DNA from: Kiritimatiella glycovorans
GTDB lineage: Bacteria; Verrucomicrobiota; Kiritimatiellia; Kiritimatiellales; Kiritimatiellaceae
NCBI RefSeq assembly: GCF_001017655.1
Contig: NZ_CP010904.1
Location: 1,920,001-1,952,000, forward strand
DNA length: 32,000 bases
Direction of reading: 5' to 3'
Shown: piece by piece, positions 11,358 to 20,069 of the stretch
How the letters are laid out: each line of letters opens with the position of its first letter
How positions within the stretch are numbered: position 1 is the first letter of the stretch
Notes under the pieces: generated by a model
Databases searched by the model: none
The model's input: only the letters and a program-made list of their open reading frames with translations
What the model was told of the DNA's origin: nothing
Program-made: the position numbers and the translations under genes

Positions 11358-11920
11358 GGGCGCACCTCCATCGCCAGCCGCAGCAGGTGCGAACTGAATT
11401 CGAGGTCCGCGTGCTCCGCCGCCTCTCTGTTGACCAGGAACCTCACTTTGCCCTCGCGGACCACCAGCTCGATCATCCCGCCGCGCAGCACGAACCCCGG
11501 CGCGTCGGAAACGGTGAGCACACCGCGCCGGCCGAATTCTTCGAGGAGGGTCTCCATCCGCACCGCCTCCGAGCGGGCGATGAACACCGCGTGCACCCGG
11601 GACCCCTCCGGCCGCTGACGCCCGTGCAGGATGCGCAACGGTCTCTGTTTCACGCCCCGCTCCGCCGCGCGGATCAGCACGGCCCCGAACGGGTCTTCCC
11701 CGCAGACCATCAGCCTGAACGGGGTCTGTTCATCCTTGAAGCAGGTCTCCGGCCATTCCACGTACAGAAGGAAGTTGTACAGAAAGGCCGCCTTCACCTG
11801 GTATTCGCGGCTCACCGCCTTTGTTTCCGGTTGCGCCGGGGAGGGAGTGACCATGCCGATCAGCAGCATCAGCACCGCCCCCCCTCGTTTCATCGTCGAT
11901 CTGAAGGACATTCTCCCCAT
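11354..11920 (-). CDS. YfiR family (DUF4154) periplasmic protein
   Basis: Signal peptide, then [18 protein letters not shown], the DUF4154/YfiR signature. Start is uncertain: ATG at 11920 or 11893, or GTG at 11953. Confidence 0.8.
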   Translation of the reverse strand: MGRMSFRSTMKRGGAVLMLLIGMVTPSPAQPETKAVSREYQVKAAFLYNFLLYVEWPETCFKDEQTPFRLMVCGEDPFGAVLIRAAERGVKQRPLRILHGRQRPEGSRVHAVFIARSEAVRMETLLEEFGRRGVLTVSDAPGFVLRGGMIELVVREGKVRFLVNREAAEHADLEFSSHLLRLAMEVRP

Positions 11921-11940
11921 AATCACCCCTGTCCGCACTC

Positions 11941-13941
11941 TCAAAAGGTCCACGTCGCCCGCACATACACGCTCCGTTCAACCTCCGTGCTTTCGCTGTT
12001 CAGGATGAGCGACGACGCATATTCGCGGTGGGCGGGCTCCAGAAGGTTGCGTCCCACAACGGCAAGATTGAGCCGGTCGTTCACCTGCCAGCGCAAGCCC
12101 GTATCCATGGTGAGATAGGGGTCGATATCGTAGCCCGCATAATTGTTAATGTTTCCGGTGTACCGGAGCCACGCGTCCCACGCCAGGCGCTCCGTCAGAT
12201 CCACGGTCGACAGCAGGTGGGCCATATTCTGCGGCACGTCGTTCTCGAAATTCTCGGTAAACGGATCGTTGCTCCCCTCTTCCGGATGAAGATGCATCTC
12301 GATAAAGCTGTAGCTCGCGTCGAGCGTCCAGCGATCGCAGACGTCCCAGCGCGCTGAAGTCTCGAACCCGTAGGACTCCCCGCGCACGCGGTTATCGATA
12401 TCAAGCACCGCGGGCGGACCGGTATCGACGAGCTGCAGCGACTGCATCTCGTCGTAGTCGAAGTAGAACGTTGCGATATCCAGCATGACATTCTCATGCG
12501 GACGCGTACGGTAGCCGAGTTCCCAGGCGACCAGGTCCTCGGTGCCGTAATCGGAATTTCCGCGGATCACCAGCGGGACCCCGTTCCAGACCTGGCGCAG
12601 GGTCCAGTCGTGCTCCACCCGTGCAGGCGTCCGGACCGCGCGCGTTACCGAAGCCCACCAGGTATCCCTGTCGGTAGGCGTCCAGGCGAGCCGCGCCCCC
12701 GGCTGCCATTCGAATCCGGTGTAATCGTTGTGCTCCAGCTTCGTGCCCAGCGAGAGCGTGAGCGCATCCGGCCGGAGTTCGTACTGCTCCTGAATAAATC
12801 CGCTGAACAGCTGGGTGGTGCGCGATTCCTCATCGAACCGGTAACTGAACGATTCGTCGAGATCGTCGTCCACCAGCCGGTATCCGAACCCCCAGATCCG
12901 CTCGCGGCGCGGCGAAACCCGGAGCTGGTGCTGAACATCGAGATCGAAGGTGTTCACCTCCATCTCGAGCGTGGACTCTTCGCGGTGCCGGTGATCGATG
13001 AACGTCTGCAGCTGGAATTCCTGCGTGATGTCCGGCGTACGGGTCCAGCGGAACAGGAGATCTCCGCCGCTGACGCGTGCGTCCTCCGCATCCTCGCGGG
13101 TAACGGGGAACGGCCAGAACGCGGGGTCGGGGCTCGTCACGCTCTGCCCCAGCAGCCCGCGGTAGTAGTCGCCGCGCATCATGAACCGATCCGCCTCGCC
13201 CCCGGTCCAGTCCATCCGGAACCCGCCGCGCCCCATGCGCCAGTCGTCGTGCCCCTCGTCACCGCCCACGGGGGCCAAATCGCGCTCGAAGCCTTTGGCA
13301 TACACGCGGTAGAAGGTATTGGAATCGATCCGTCCTCCGTAGCGGGTGCGCAGGTTGATGCGTTCTTCGGTCCCGGCGGTAATCCCGGCCAGGCCGCCCT
13401 GAGTCTCTTCGGCCGATTTCGTGACGATATTGACGATGCCGTTGACGGCATTCGCCCCCCAGAGCGTCCCGCCCGGACCGCGGATGACTTCGATCCGCTC
13501 GATGTCCTCGAGCATCAGGTCCTGCAGCTCCCACATCACGCCGGAGTACAGCGGGTGATACACGCTGCGGCCATCGATCATCACGAGCATGTACCGCGCG
13601 AAGCGGCCGTTCAGTCCGCGTGCGCTGATGGCCCACTTGTTCGCGTCCATGCGCACGACCTGCACCCCGGGTGCAAGGCGCAGGACCTCCGGTATGGTGG
13701 TGGCGCCGGACCGCCGGATCTCCTCGGAAGTGATTACGTAAACGGCGGCCGGGGTGTCGAACCAATGCTCGGGCTGCCGGGCGACCGTCGTCACTTCGAC
13801 CTGCATCAGCTCCTCGAGTCCCAGGGCAAACAGGTCCGCACCGGGCGCAGACTCCGCGGAACCGGACAGGAGCGGCATCGCGGCCGTCACCGCCGCGACG
13901 GCCGCCTTCAGGACGACTTTGCGCTTAAGACTGCGTGCCAT
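11941..13941 (-). CDS. TonB-dependent outer-membrane receptor
   Basis: Signal peptide, plug domain (VARQPEHWFDTPAAVYVITSEEIRRSGATTIPEVLRLAPGVQV...ISARG), long beta-barrel region, C-terminal ...ATWTF aromatic terminus. ATG at 13941 follows GGAGGGG. The track start at 13956 is also an ATG. Confidence 0.9.
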   Translation of the reverse strand: MARSLKRKVVLKAAVAAVTAAMPLLSGSAESAPGADLFALGLEELMQVEVTTVARQPEHWFDTPAAVYVITSEEIRRSGATTIPEVLRLAPGVQVVRMDANKWAISARGLNGRFARYMLVMIDGRSVYHPLYSGVMWELQDLMLEDIERIEVIRGPGGTLWGANAVNGIVNIVTKSAEETQGGLAGITAGTEERINLRTRYGGRIDSNTFYRVYAKGFERDLAPVGGDEGHDDWRMGRGGFRMDWTGGEADRFMMRGDYYRGLLGQSVTSPDPAFWPFPVTREDAEDARVSGGDLLFRWTRTPDITQEFQLQTFIDHRHREESTLEMEVNTFDLDVQHQLRVSPRRERIWGFGYRLVDDDLDESFSYRFDEESRTTQLFSGFIQEQYELRPDALTLSLGTKLEHNDYTGFEWQPGARLAWTPTDRDTWWASVTRAVRTPARVEHDWTLRQVWNGVPLVIRGNSDYGTEDLVAWELGYRTRPHENVMLDIATFYFDYDEMQSLQLVDTGPPAVLDIDNRVRGESYGFETSARWDVCDRWTLDASYSFIEMHLHPEEGSNDPFTENFENDVPQNMAHLLSTVDLTERLAWDAWLRYTGNINNYAGYDIDPYLTMDTGLRWQVNDRLNLAVVGRNLLEPAHREYASSLILNSESTEVERSVYVRATWTF

Positions 13942-14000
13942 CGAAAGCCCCTCCATAGAGCATCGCCACGATGATTGAGTCCGGCGCCGAGATTGTCATT

Positions 14001-14040
14001 AAAAAAGCCGCAAAAAACGGGGGTTCCGTTTCCTGCGGCT
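14001..14040 (-). terminator. rho-independent terminator downstream of pnp
   Basis: Minus strand reads AGCCGCAGGAAACGG-AACCC-CCGTTTTTTGCGGCT followed by TTTTT. That is a 7-bp outer stem plus a 6-bp inner stem with a 5-nt loop, about 50 nt after the pnp stop. Confidence 0.7.
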
Positions 14041-14089
14041 CTTCTCTTCAGCCCGGGTTCAAGTTTCAGGTCTCTCACTCAAACCACGC

Positions 14090-16195
14090 TCACTCTTTCT
14101 CCCCGCCCTCTTCTTCCATGGCGGCGCGGCGGCTGAGGCGGACTCTGCCCTGCTGGTCGATATCGATGCACTTCACGCGCATGGCATCGCCTTCCTTGCA
14201 GATATCCTCGACCTTGCCCACGCGGTAGTCGGCGAGTTCGCTGATATGGACCAGGCCCTCTTTGCCGGGCAGGATCTCTACGAAAGCGCCGAATTCGCGC
14301 ACGGTGACCACGCGGCCCTCGTAGATCTTTCCGACCTCGGCTTCGGCGGTGGCCATTTCGACTTCCTTGATCGCGCTCTCCATCGCGTCCTTGTCCGCGC
14401 TGTAGAGATTGACCGTCCCGTCTTCCTCGATATCGATCTGGACATCGTAGGTGTCGGTGATGCGGCGGATATTCTTCCCGCCGGGACCGATCAGTGCTCC
14501 GATCTTCTCGGTATCGATCTGGACCGTCTTTACCTGCGGCGCATACGGAGAGATCTCCGCCCGCGGCTCGGCGATCGTGGCGGTCATCGCATCCAGGATC
14601 TTCAGACGGGCTTCGCGCGCTTTGGCGAAGGCCTGTTCCACGAGTTCCCAGCGCAGGCCCGGGATCTTGAGATCGACCTGGAATCCGGTGATGCCGTTAC
14701 GGGTACCGGCCACCTTGAAGTCCATATCGCCGCAGTGGTCCTCGGCGCCGAGGATATCGGTGACGAGCACCGGGCGGTCGCCCTGTCCGCCGAAGAGTCC
14801 GACCGAGATCCCGGCCACGGGACTGCGCATCGGGACGCCGGCGTCCATCAGCGAGAGCGTGCCCGCGCAGATGGTGGCCATCGAGGACGAGCCGTTCGAG
14901 TCCATGATCTCGGAGACCACGCGCACGGCGTACGGGTAATCTTCGGGAAGCATCGGCTTCAGGCTGCGTTCGGCCAGGTTGCCGTGACCGATCTCACGGC
15001 GCTTGGTGGTCCCGAGCCGCCCGACTTCACCGACGCAGTACGGCGGGAAGTTGTAGTGCAGCAGGAACGTCTTTTCCTGCGCGCCGCCGGTGACGGCGTC
15101 GAGGCTCTGCGACTCTTTCTTGCCGGCCAGGGTTGTGATGGCCAGCGCCTGCGTGTCGCCGCGGCGGAATACGGCCGAACCGTGCGTCCGCGGGAGGATA
15201 CCCACGAAGCCCTCGAGTTCGCGGATATCGTCGAGTCCGCGGTTGCCGATACGGGCTTTGCGCTCGACGACGCGTTTTTCGACGATCTCGACTTCGAGCT
15301 GGTCGAACATCTGCTCGAAAGCGCCGTCGGCCATCTCCGGGAAGCTCTCGATCATATCCTCCTGAAGGCGGGCCTTGATCTCGTTGAGCTTATCCTGCCG
15401 CTCCTGCTTGCCGGCGATATCCATCGCCGCGTCCAGGTCCTGTGCCGCCAGTTCGCGGGCGTGATCCAGCGGCGCGGTCTCCCTCTCGGGGGCTTCGACC
15501 TTCTTCTCGGGGAGTCCGAGTTTCTTCCGGAGTTCGAGCTGGGCGTCGATGATCTTGACGACCTCGGCGTGGGCGAGCTTCATCGCCGCCACGAAGTCCT
15601 CTTCGCTGACCTCGTTGGCGTTACCCTCAATCATCAGGGGCAGATCGCGCATTCCGGCGTAGGTGAGATCGAGATCGCTCTCCTCGAGCTGCTTGTGCGT
15701 AGGCGCGAGCACGAATTCGCCGTGGATCCGTCCGACGCGCACCGCGCCGATCGGGCCCTGGAACGGGAGTTCGCTGATCGTCAGCGCCGCGCTCGAGGCG
15801 TTGATGCTCATGACATCGGTCTCGGTCTCGCCGTCGCAGCTCAGCAGCGTGTTGTTGATCTGCACTTCGCGGTAGAACCCGTCCGGGAACAGCGTGCGGA
15901 TGGGGCGGTCGGTGACGCGCATCGTAAGGACCTCTTTTTCCGAGGGGCGCGCCTCGCGTTTGAAGTAGCCGCCGGGGAATCGACCCGAGGCGTAAAACTT
16001 CTCGCGGTATTCGACCTGCAGCGGGAAAAAGTCGGTGCCCTCGCGGGCCTCTTTTGCGCTGCTCACGGCCGAAAACAATACATTGTCGCCCACCGAGCAC
16101 ATTACGGCGCCGTCGGCCTGCCGGGCGAGCTGGCCGGTCTCGAAACACATCGTCGCGCCGGCTGCCTGAAATTCAACTTTAGTCGTATTATCCAT
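14090..16195 (-). CDS. pnp: polyribonucleotide nucleotidyltransferase (PNPase)
   Basis: Two RNase PH domains, KH ([14 protein letters not shown]) and S1 ([28 protein letters not shown]). 701 aa. Located directly downstream of rpsO, as in most bacteria. Confidence 0.97.
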   Translation of the reverse strand: MDNTTKVEFQAAGATMCFETGQLARQADGAVMCSVGDNVLFSAVSSAKEAREGTDFFPLQVEYREKFYASGRFPGGYFKREARPSEKEVLTMRVTDRPIRTLFPDGFYREVQINNTLLSCDGETETDVMSINASSAALTISELPFQGPIGAVRVGRIHGEFVLAPTHKQLEESDLDLTYAGMRDLPLMIEGNANEVSEEDFVAAMKLAHAEVVKIIDAQLELRKKLGLPEKKVEAPERETAPLDHARELAAQDLDAAMDIAGKQERQDKLNEIKARLQEDMIESFPEMADGAFEQMFDQLEVEIVEKRVVERKARIGNRGLDDIRELEGFVGILPRTHGSAVFRRGDTQALAITTLAGKKESQSLDAVTGGAQEKTFLLHYNFPPYCVGEVGRLGTTKRREIGHGNLAERSLKPMLPEDYPYAVRVVSEIMDSNGSSSMATICAGTLSLMDAGVPMRSPVAGISVGLFGGQGDRPVLVTDILGAEDHCGDMDFKVAGTRNGITGFQVDLKIPGLRWELVEQAFAKAREARLKILDAMTATIAEPRAEISPYAPQVKTVQIDTEKIGALIGPGGKNIRRITDTYDVQIDIEEDGTVNLYSADKDAMESAIKEVEMATAEAEVGKIYEGRVVTVREFGAFVEILPGKEGLVHISELADYRVGKVEDICKEGDAMRVKCIDIDQQGRVRLSRRAAMEEEGGEKE

Positions 16196-16252
16196 GTCCT
16201 GTCTTCTCTTCCTTCTTTCTCTCTTTTCCGCTTCGATGCGGGGCGGATAGGC

Positions 16253-16272
16253 AAAAACGGCTTACCGAGCCG
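16253..16272 (-). terminator. weak stem-loop plus T-run in the rpsO-pnp spacer
   Basis: Minus strand reads CGGCT-CGGTA-AGCCG followed by TTTTTG. The stem is only 5 bp. Confidence 0.35.
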
Positions 16273-16324
16273 TCGCGCGGTCGCGCACCACCTTTTCTCC
16301 TGTCGCACGCGCCCTGAACGCGAA

Positions 16325-16360
16325 AGTGGTGCCCATCGGATTCTGATCCGACGCACCACT
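16325..16360 (-). terminator. rpsO 3' stem-loop (terminator/attenuator or RNase III-type processing hairpin of the pnp leader)
   Basis: Minus strand reads AGTGGTGC-G-TCGGAT-CAGA-ATCCGA-TGG-GCACCACT, then TTTC. About 14 bp are paired, 28 nt after the rpsO stop. Confidence 0.5.
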
Positions 16361-16387
16361 CCCGCTCGCCGACCGCATCTTGATGAC

Positions 16388-16651
16388 TTACCTGCGGAGT
16401 CCCAGCCGTTGGATGAGTTCGCGGTAGCGACCCTCATCCTTGCGGGCCAGGTAATCCAGCAGCTTGCGGCGCTTGTTCACCAGCATAATCAGGCCGCGCC
16501 GCGAACTGTGATCCTGTTTATGCTTCTTCAGATGTTCCGTAAGCTCGGTGATGCGACGGGTCTGGATGGCGGTCTGTACCTCCACCGAACCCGTGTCGCG
16601 ATCGTGCTGCCGGTAGTCGCTTTTGACCTGTTCTTTGACCGACTGATCCAT
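16388..16651 (-). CDS. rpsO: 30S ribosomal protein S15
   Basis: 87 aa. [48 protein letters not shown] is the canonical S15 sequence. Confidence 0.95.
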   Translation of the reverse strand: MDQSVKEQVKSDYRQHDRDTGSVEVQTAIQTRRITELTEHLKKHKQDHSSRRGLIMLVNKRRKLLDYLARKDEGRYRELIQRLGLRR

Positions 16652-16703
16652 GCTCTGTCCTCGTACGTTGACCGGATGTGTATTTCGTTCGATAAGGCGG
16701 AAC

Positions 16704-16732
16704 TTTATACGCCGGTTCCGGCCGGTTGTAAA
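16704..16732 (-). promoter_or_regulatory. sigma70-type promoter for rpsO-pnp
   Basis: Minus strand reads TTTACA (16727-16732), a 17-nt spacer, then TATAAA (16704-16709), about 50 nt upstream of the rpsO ATG. Confidence 0.5.
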
Positions 16733-16742
16733 CCCCTATATA

Positions 16743-17840
16743 CTAAGCCGAACGGCCCTTGACGCCCTTCGTCGACTTCGTGACTTTCTTCGCCCGCTGG
16801 TGAGGACGCAGTTCGCGCACCTTCTCGCCGGTGCTCCACATCTCGGAGTTGTGGATTTCGCCGAGTTCCTTTGCCAGGCGGTCCTGGTAGTCCTGACGCC
16901 CGCACATCCGCATGACGCGGGCGGCCTCTTTCTCGCTGGCCACCGAGTCGTAGAGTTCCTTGAAGACCGGCTTGACGGCCTTTTTGAACTTCGGACGCCA
17001 GTCGAGCGCGCCGCGCTGCGCCGTCGCCGAGCAGTTGGAGAACATCCAGTCCATGCCCTTCTCGTCCACCAGCCGGATCAGGCTCTGCGTGAGTTCTTCG
17101 ACCGTCTCGTTGAACGCCTCGCTGGGCGAGTGGCCGTGCCTGCGGAGCACGTCGTACTGCGCCTCCATGACGCCCGCCAGCGCGCCCATCAGGACGCCGC
17201 GCTCGCCGACCAGGTCGCTGGTGACCTCTTTCTCGAACGTCGTCGGGAAGAGGTAGCCCGAGCCGATGCCCACGCCCAGCGCGAGGCAGCGCTTCTCGGC
17301 TTTACCGGTCGCGTCCTGGTAGACCGCGTAACTGGAGTTGATGCCGTTGCCGTCCAGGAAGTTCCGGCGGACCGAGGTACCGGAGCCCTTGGGGGCGACC
17401 ATGATCACGTCGACATCCTCCGGCGGGATCAGCTTGGTGAGGTCGTTGTAGACGATCGCAAACCCGTGCGAGAAGTAGAGCGCGTCGCCCGCGCTCAGAT
17501 TCTTCTTCACCGTCGGCCAGATCGCCTTCTGGGCGGCGTCGGTCACCAGCATCTGGATCACCGTGCCGCGCTGCACGGCCTCTTCGATATCGAAGAGGTC
17601 CTTGCCCGGCTTCCACCCGTCGGCCACCGCGCGGTCCCAGTCCTTCTTGAACCGCTTCGCCTGGCCGATAATCACGTTGAACCCGTTATCTTTGAGATTG
17701 AGCGCCTGGGCCGGGCCCTGCACGCCGTAGCCGATCACCGCGATCGTCTCGTTCTTCAGGACGCTGCGCGCCTTGGTGAGATTGAATTCCTTCCGCGTCA
17801 CCACGGTCTCTTTGACTCCGCCGAAATCGATGGTCGCCAT
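16743..17840 (-). CDS. ilvC: ketol-acid reductoisomerase
   Basis: MATIDFGG... start with AAGGAG RBS at the correct spacing. IAVIGYGVQGPAQALNLKDNG Rossmann motif. The track's 40-codon N-terminal extension is not protein-like. Confidence 0.93.
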   Translation of the reverse strand: MATIDFGGVKETVVTRKEFNLTKARSVLKNETIAVIGYGVQGPAQALNLKDNGFNVIIGQAKRFKKDWDRAVADGWKPGKDLFDIEEAVQRGTVIQMLVTDAAQKAIWPTVKKNLSAGDALYFSHGFAIVYNDLTKLIPPEDVDVIMVAPKGSGTSVRRNFLDGNGINSSYAVYQDATGKAEKRCLALGVGIGSGYLFPTTFEKEVTSDLVGERGVLMGALAGVMEAQYDVLRRHGHSPSEAFNETVEELTQSLIRLVDEKGMDWMFSNCSATAQRGALDWRPKFKKAVKPVFKELYDSVASEKEAARVMRMCGRQDYQDRLAKELGEIHNSEMWSTGEKVRELRPHQRAKKVTKSTKGVKGRSA

Positions 17841-17956
17841 CGCCCGTCTCTCCTTGCTTCCTGTTGCTGTTCTCCGGGCCCCGCCGCCTCCGGCGCAAAC
17901 CCCGTTCCGTATTATGCTCGACAAACGAGGCACTGTACGGCGCAACCCGCCGCGGG

Positions 17957-19066
17957 TCAAAAGTTTTCACCGTACAGTTCACTCAACACCCCGGCATAGA
18001 TCTCCGAGGCCGCGACGACCTGTTCGAAATCGATGCACTCATCGCGCGTATGGGCGTCGGCGAGCCGGCCGGGGCCGAGCACGACCGGGCGGCAGCCGGC
18101 GTCGTAGAGCAGATTGGCGTCGGAGTGACTGGCGAAGGCGGCGGGAGACCAGGCGCGGCCGGAGCCCTCCAGCACGCGCCGGAGCGTTCGGGGCAATTCC
18201 GAGGCGGGATCGACGCGAAACCCGTCGGCCAGCGTCGGAAATTCGATCTCGTAGCGCGAGGCGCGGCTTTCCTCGAGCGTCGCGTCGACGAAGCGGCGCA
18301 GTTCCTTCGCGTACGGCCCGGCGCGGGTGTCGGGCGGGACGTGCAGGTCCACGCCGGCGGCGCAGAGGTCGGGCACGGCGAACCCCGCTTCGGAGCTGCG
18401 CAGGTCGCGGATGTTGAGCACGGTGTCCGGTTCGTCGCGCTCCACGCGCTCCTCGATCCGCAGCAGCAGACGCAGAAGTGCGCGTATGGCGTTGGTGTCG
18501 CGCGTGGACATGGCCGCGTGACGGCGGGCGCCGAACGCGCGCACGAACATCTCCACGTAGCCGTAGTGCGCGAGGCACGGGCGCAACGCCGTCGGTTCAC
18601 CGACCAGCGCTTCACGAAAGCGGTGCGATTCGAGCAGCGCACGCGTCCCGTCGCCGGTTTCCTCCTCACCCACCACCAGTGCGAGCGCGGCGTCCGCGCC
18701 GAGCGTGCCCTGTTCCGCAGCGGCGGCGAAGGCCTCGATCATCGCCGCGCAACCGCCCTTCATGTCGGCGGTGCCCAGTCCTCTGCAGAGACTGCCGCAC
18801 GCCGAAAACCCGTAGTGCTCGATATCGCAGGCGGGAACGGTATCAATATGGCCGAGAAAGAGAAGCGACGGCGATGCGCCGGCAGAGACGATCAGGTTGC
18901 GGCGCGTCTCGTCGACCGGCTGCGATTCGACCGCCAGCCCGCACGCGCGAAGGTAGTCTTCCAGAAAAGACGTCAGTTCGTCTTCCTTGCCCGACGGGCT
19001 GTAGAGATCGACCATATCGCCGAACAGGGCGAAGAGACGATCGCGACGGATCGCCGAACCGCTCAT
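17957..19066 (-). CDS. M20 family metallopeptidase (ArgE/DapE-type deacylase)
   Basis: LFLGHIDTVP, GTADMKGG and VVGEEETG metal/catalytic motifs of the ArgE/DapE/ACY1 family. The ATG overlaps the GNAT stop (ATGA). Confidence 0.85.
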   Translation of the reverse strand: MSGSAIRRDRLFALFGDMVDLYSPSGKEDELTSFLEDYLRACGLAVESQPVDETRRNLIVSAGASPSLLFLGHIDTVPACDIEHYGFSACGSLCRGLGTADMKGGCAAMIEAFAAAAEQGTLGADAALALVVGEEETGDGTRALLESHRFREALVGEPTALRPCLAHYGYVEMFVRAFGARRHAAMSTRDTNAIRALLRLLLRIEERVERDEPDTVLNIRDLRSSEAGFAVPDLCAAGVDLHVPPDTRAGPYAKELRRFVDATLEESRASRYEIEFPTLADGFRVDPASELPRTLRRVLEGSGRAWSPAAFASHSDANLLYDAGCRPVVLGPGRLADAHTRDECIDFEQVVAASEIYAGVLSELYGENF

Positions 19067-19539
19067 GCTTCGTCCTTCCGCAGGTTGAGCGTCATGTAGA
19101 CGTGGTCGGTGGGGTTTTCAAACCCGCGGCGGCGGAAAAAATCGATCGCGGCATGATTGTCGGCCTGGGTGTCGACCAGCAGCATGCGCACCCCCCCGGA
19201 CTCCATGACCTCACGGAAGCGCTCGAAGAGCCGGCCGCCGATACCCTGCCGGGCGAAGTCGGGATCGATACCCAGCCAGAGCAGGTGACCGTAGTTCCAG
19301 GCCGAGCGCGCTTTCTCGATCGTCGTACCCATGGCGAAACCGACGACCCTTCCCTTCGCCTCCGCGACGACGAGGTGTTCCGGTTCGCTGTTGAACAGCG
19401 CGGTCACCTCGTACTCGTCCCACGTGCGGTAGAGGTTCGACACCTCCTGCGAAGTGAACACCTTCTCGCCCAGGTGGAAAATCGCCGCCAGATCGTCGAT
19501 CGTCGCCGCGCGGATTCCAATATCGCTATCGGGCGCCAC
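19063..19539 (-). CDS. GNAT family N-acetyltransferase
   Basis: RQGIGGRLFE acetyl-CoA motif (Q/R-x-x-G-x-G/A). 158 aa. GTG start preceded by GGGAGGAG. Confidence 0.85.
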   Translation of the reverse strand: MAPDSDIGIRAATIDDLAAIFHLGEKVFTSQEVSNLYRTWDEYEVTALFNSEPEHLVVAEAKGRVVGFAMGTTIEKARSAWNYGHLLWLGIDPDFARQGIGGRLFERFREVMESGGVRMLLVDTQADNHAAIDFFRRRGFENPTDHVYMTLNLRKDEA

Positions 19540-19746
19540 TCTTTACTCCTCCCGGAATGCGACCCGGCCGGAGGGCCCGGGGGAAGAAGCCGAAATCATG
19601 GGGCGCCGGCCCGCCGCCCTATTCCTCCGCGGGTTCTTCATGCTCCTTCACCTCCGGCATAACGCCGGGTCATCTTCCGGCTGGGAATAACGGTTTTCAG
19701 GCCTGTTCGGCCACTATAAATGCTGTAGATCAAAACGTGAAGGGGG

Positions 19747-19928
19747 GATTACGATTACGCAGCGATTCTCATTATGGCTTCACCCTTTTCGGTCGGGGTG
19801 GCACCCGACCCTCCCAGTGCCCGAAAATGCGTCGGATATCGACTCGGGAGGGACGGCTGCCACGCCGTCCGCGGTCGGAATGCGGCCATAATGAGAACTG
19901 CTGACGATTACGAGCAGGATTACGATTA
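19747..19928. repeat. 182-bp imperfect palindromic (MITE/REP-like) element bounded by direct GGATTACGATTA repeats
   Basis: 12-bp inverted repeat TCTCATTATGGC (19767-19778) / GCCATAATGAGA (19885-19896). The core holds two 7-bp hairpins, GGTCGGG-GTGGCA-CCCGACC and GGACGGC-TGCCAC-GCCGTCC, whose loops are mutually complementary. Flanked by (GATTAC)n on both sides in the same orientation. Confidence 0.7.
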
Positions 19929-19960
19929 AGGTGCTGCAGGATGAATTTCGATATCGGGTT

Positions 19961-20008
19961 CAGGACCGGTGCCGATCGCGACCGCGACTGAGGGAGGTCC
20001 TGTTTTTT
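19961..20008 (+). terminator. possible plus-strand intrinsic terminator just upstream of the lexA promoter
   Basis: CAGGACC (19961-19967) pairs with GGTCCTG (19996-20002), followed by TTTTTT (20003-20008). The 28-nt loop is long, so this is tentative. The T-run could instead be an UP-like element of the lexA promoter. Confidence 0.4.
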
Positions 20009-20009
20009 C

Positions 20010-20038
20010 TTGCCATGTGAACGAACGTTCACTATACC
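20010..20038 (+). promoter_or_regulatory. lexA promoter with embedded SOS (Cheo-type) box
   Basis: TTGCCA (20010-20015), a 17-nt spacer, then TATACC (20033-20038). The spacer is the 16-bp palindrome GTGAAC-GAAC-GTTCAC (20017-20032), which contains GAAC-N4-GTTC. Confidence 0.6.
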
Positions 20039-20069
20039 TGATCCCCGCACTGAAAAAGGGGATGGGCTC

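Noticed and set aside
9072-11618. 848-aa plus-strand ORF antisense to the hybrid kinase and yfiR-like gene
   Set aside because: Same reasoning. It has no domain signatures and spans two real genes on the other strand. Stop-codon depletion in GC-rich antisense frames explains it.
12496-13974. 492-aa plus-strand ORF antisense to the TonB-dependent receptor
   Set aside because: Shadow ORF. The minus frame has the plug and barrel features and a C-terminal aromatic residue.
13989-14006. Fur-box-like AATGACAATC upstream of the TonB-dependent receptor
   Set aside because: Only one half-site resembles the 19-bp Fur consensus (about 9/10 over 10 nt) and the flanks do not match. It also overlaps the T-run of the pnp terminator. 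This is insufficient to call iron regulation.
14246-16762. 838-aa plus-strand ORF antisense to pnp and rpsO
   Set aside because: Shadow ORF that runs across two universally conserved genes and their spacer.
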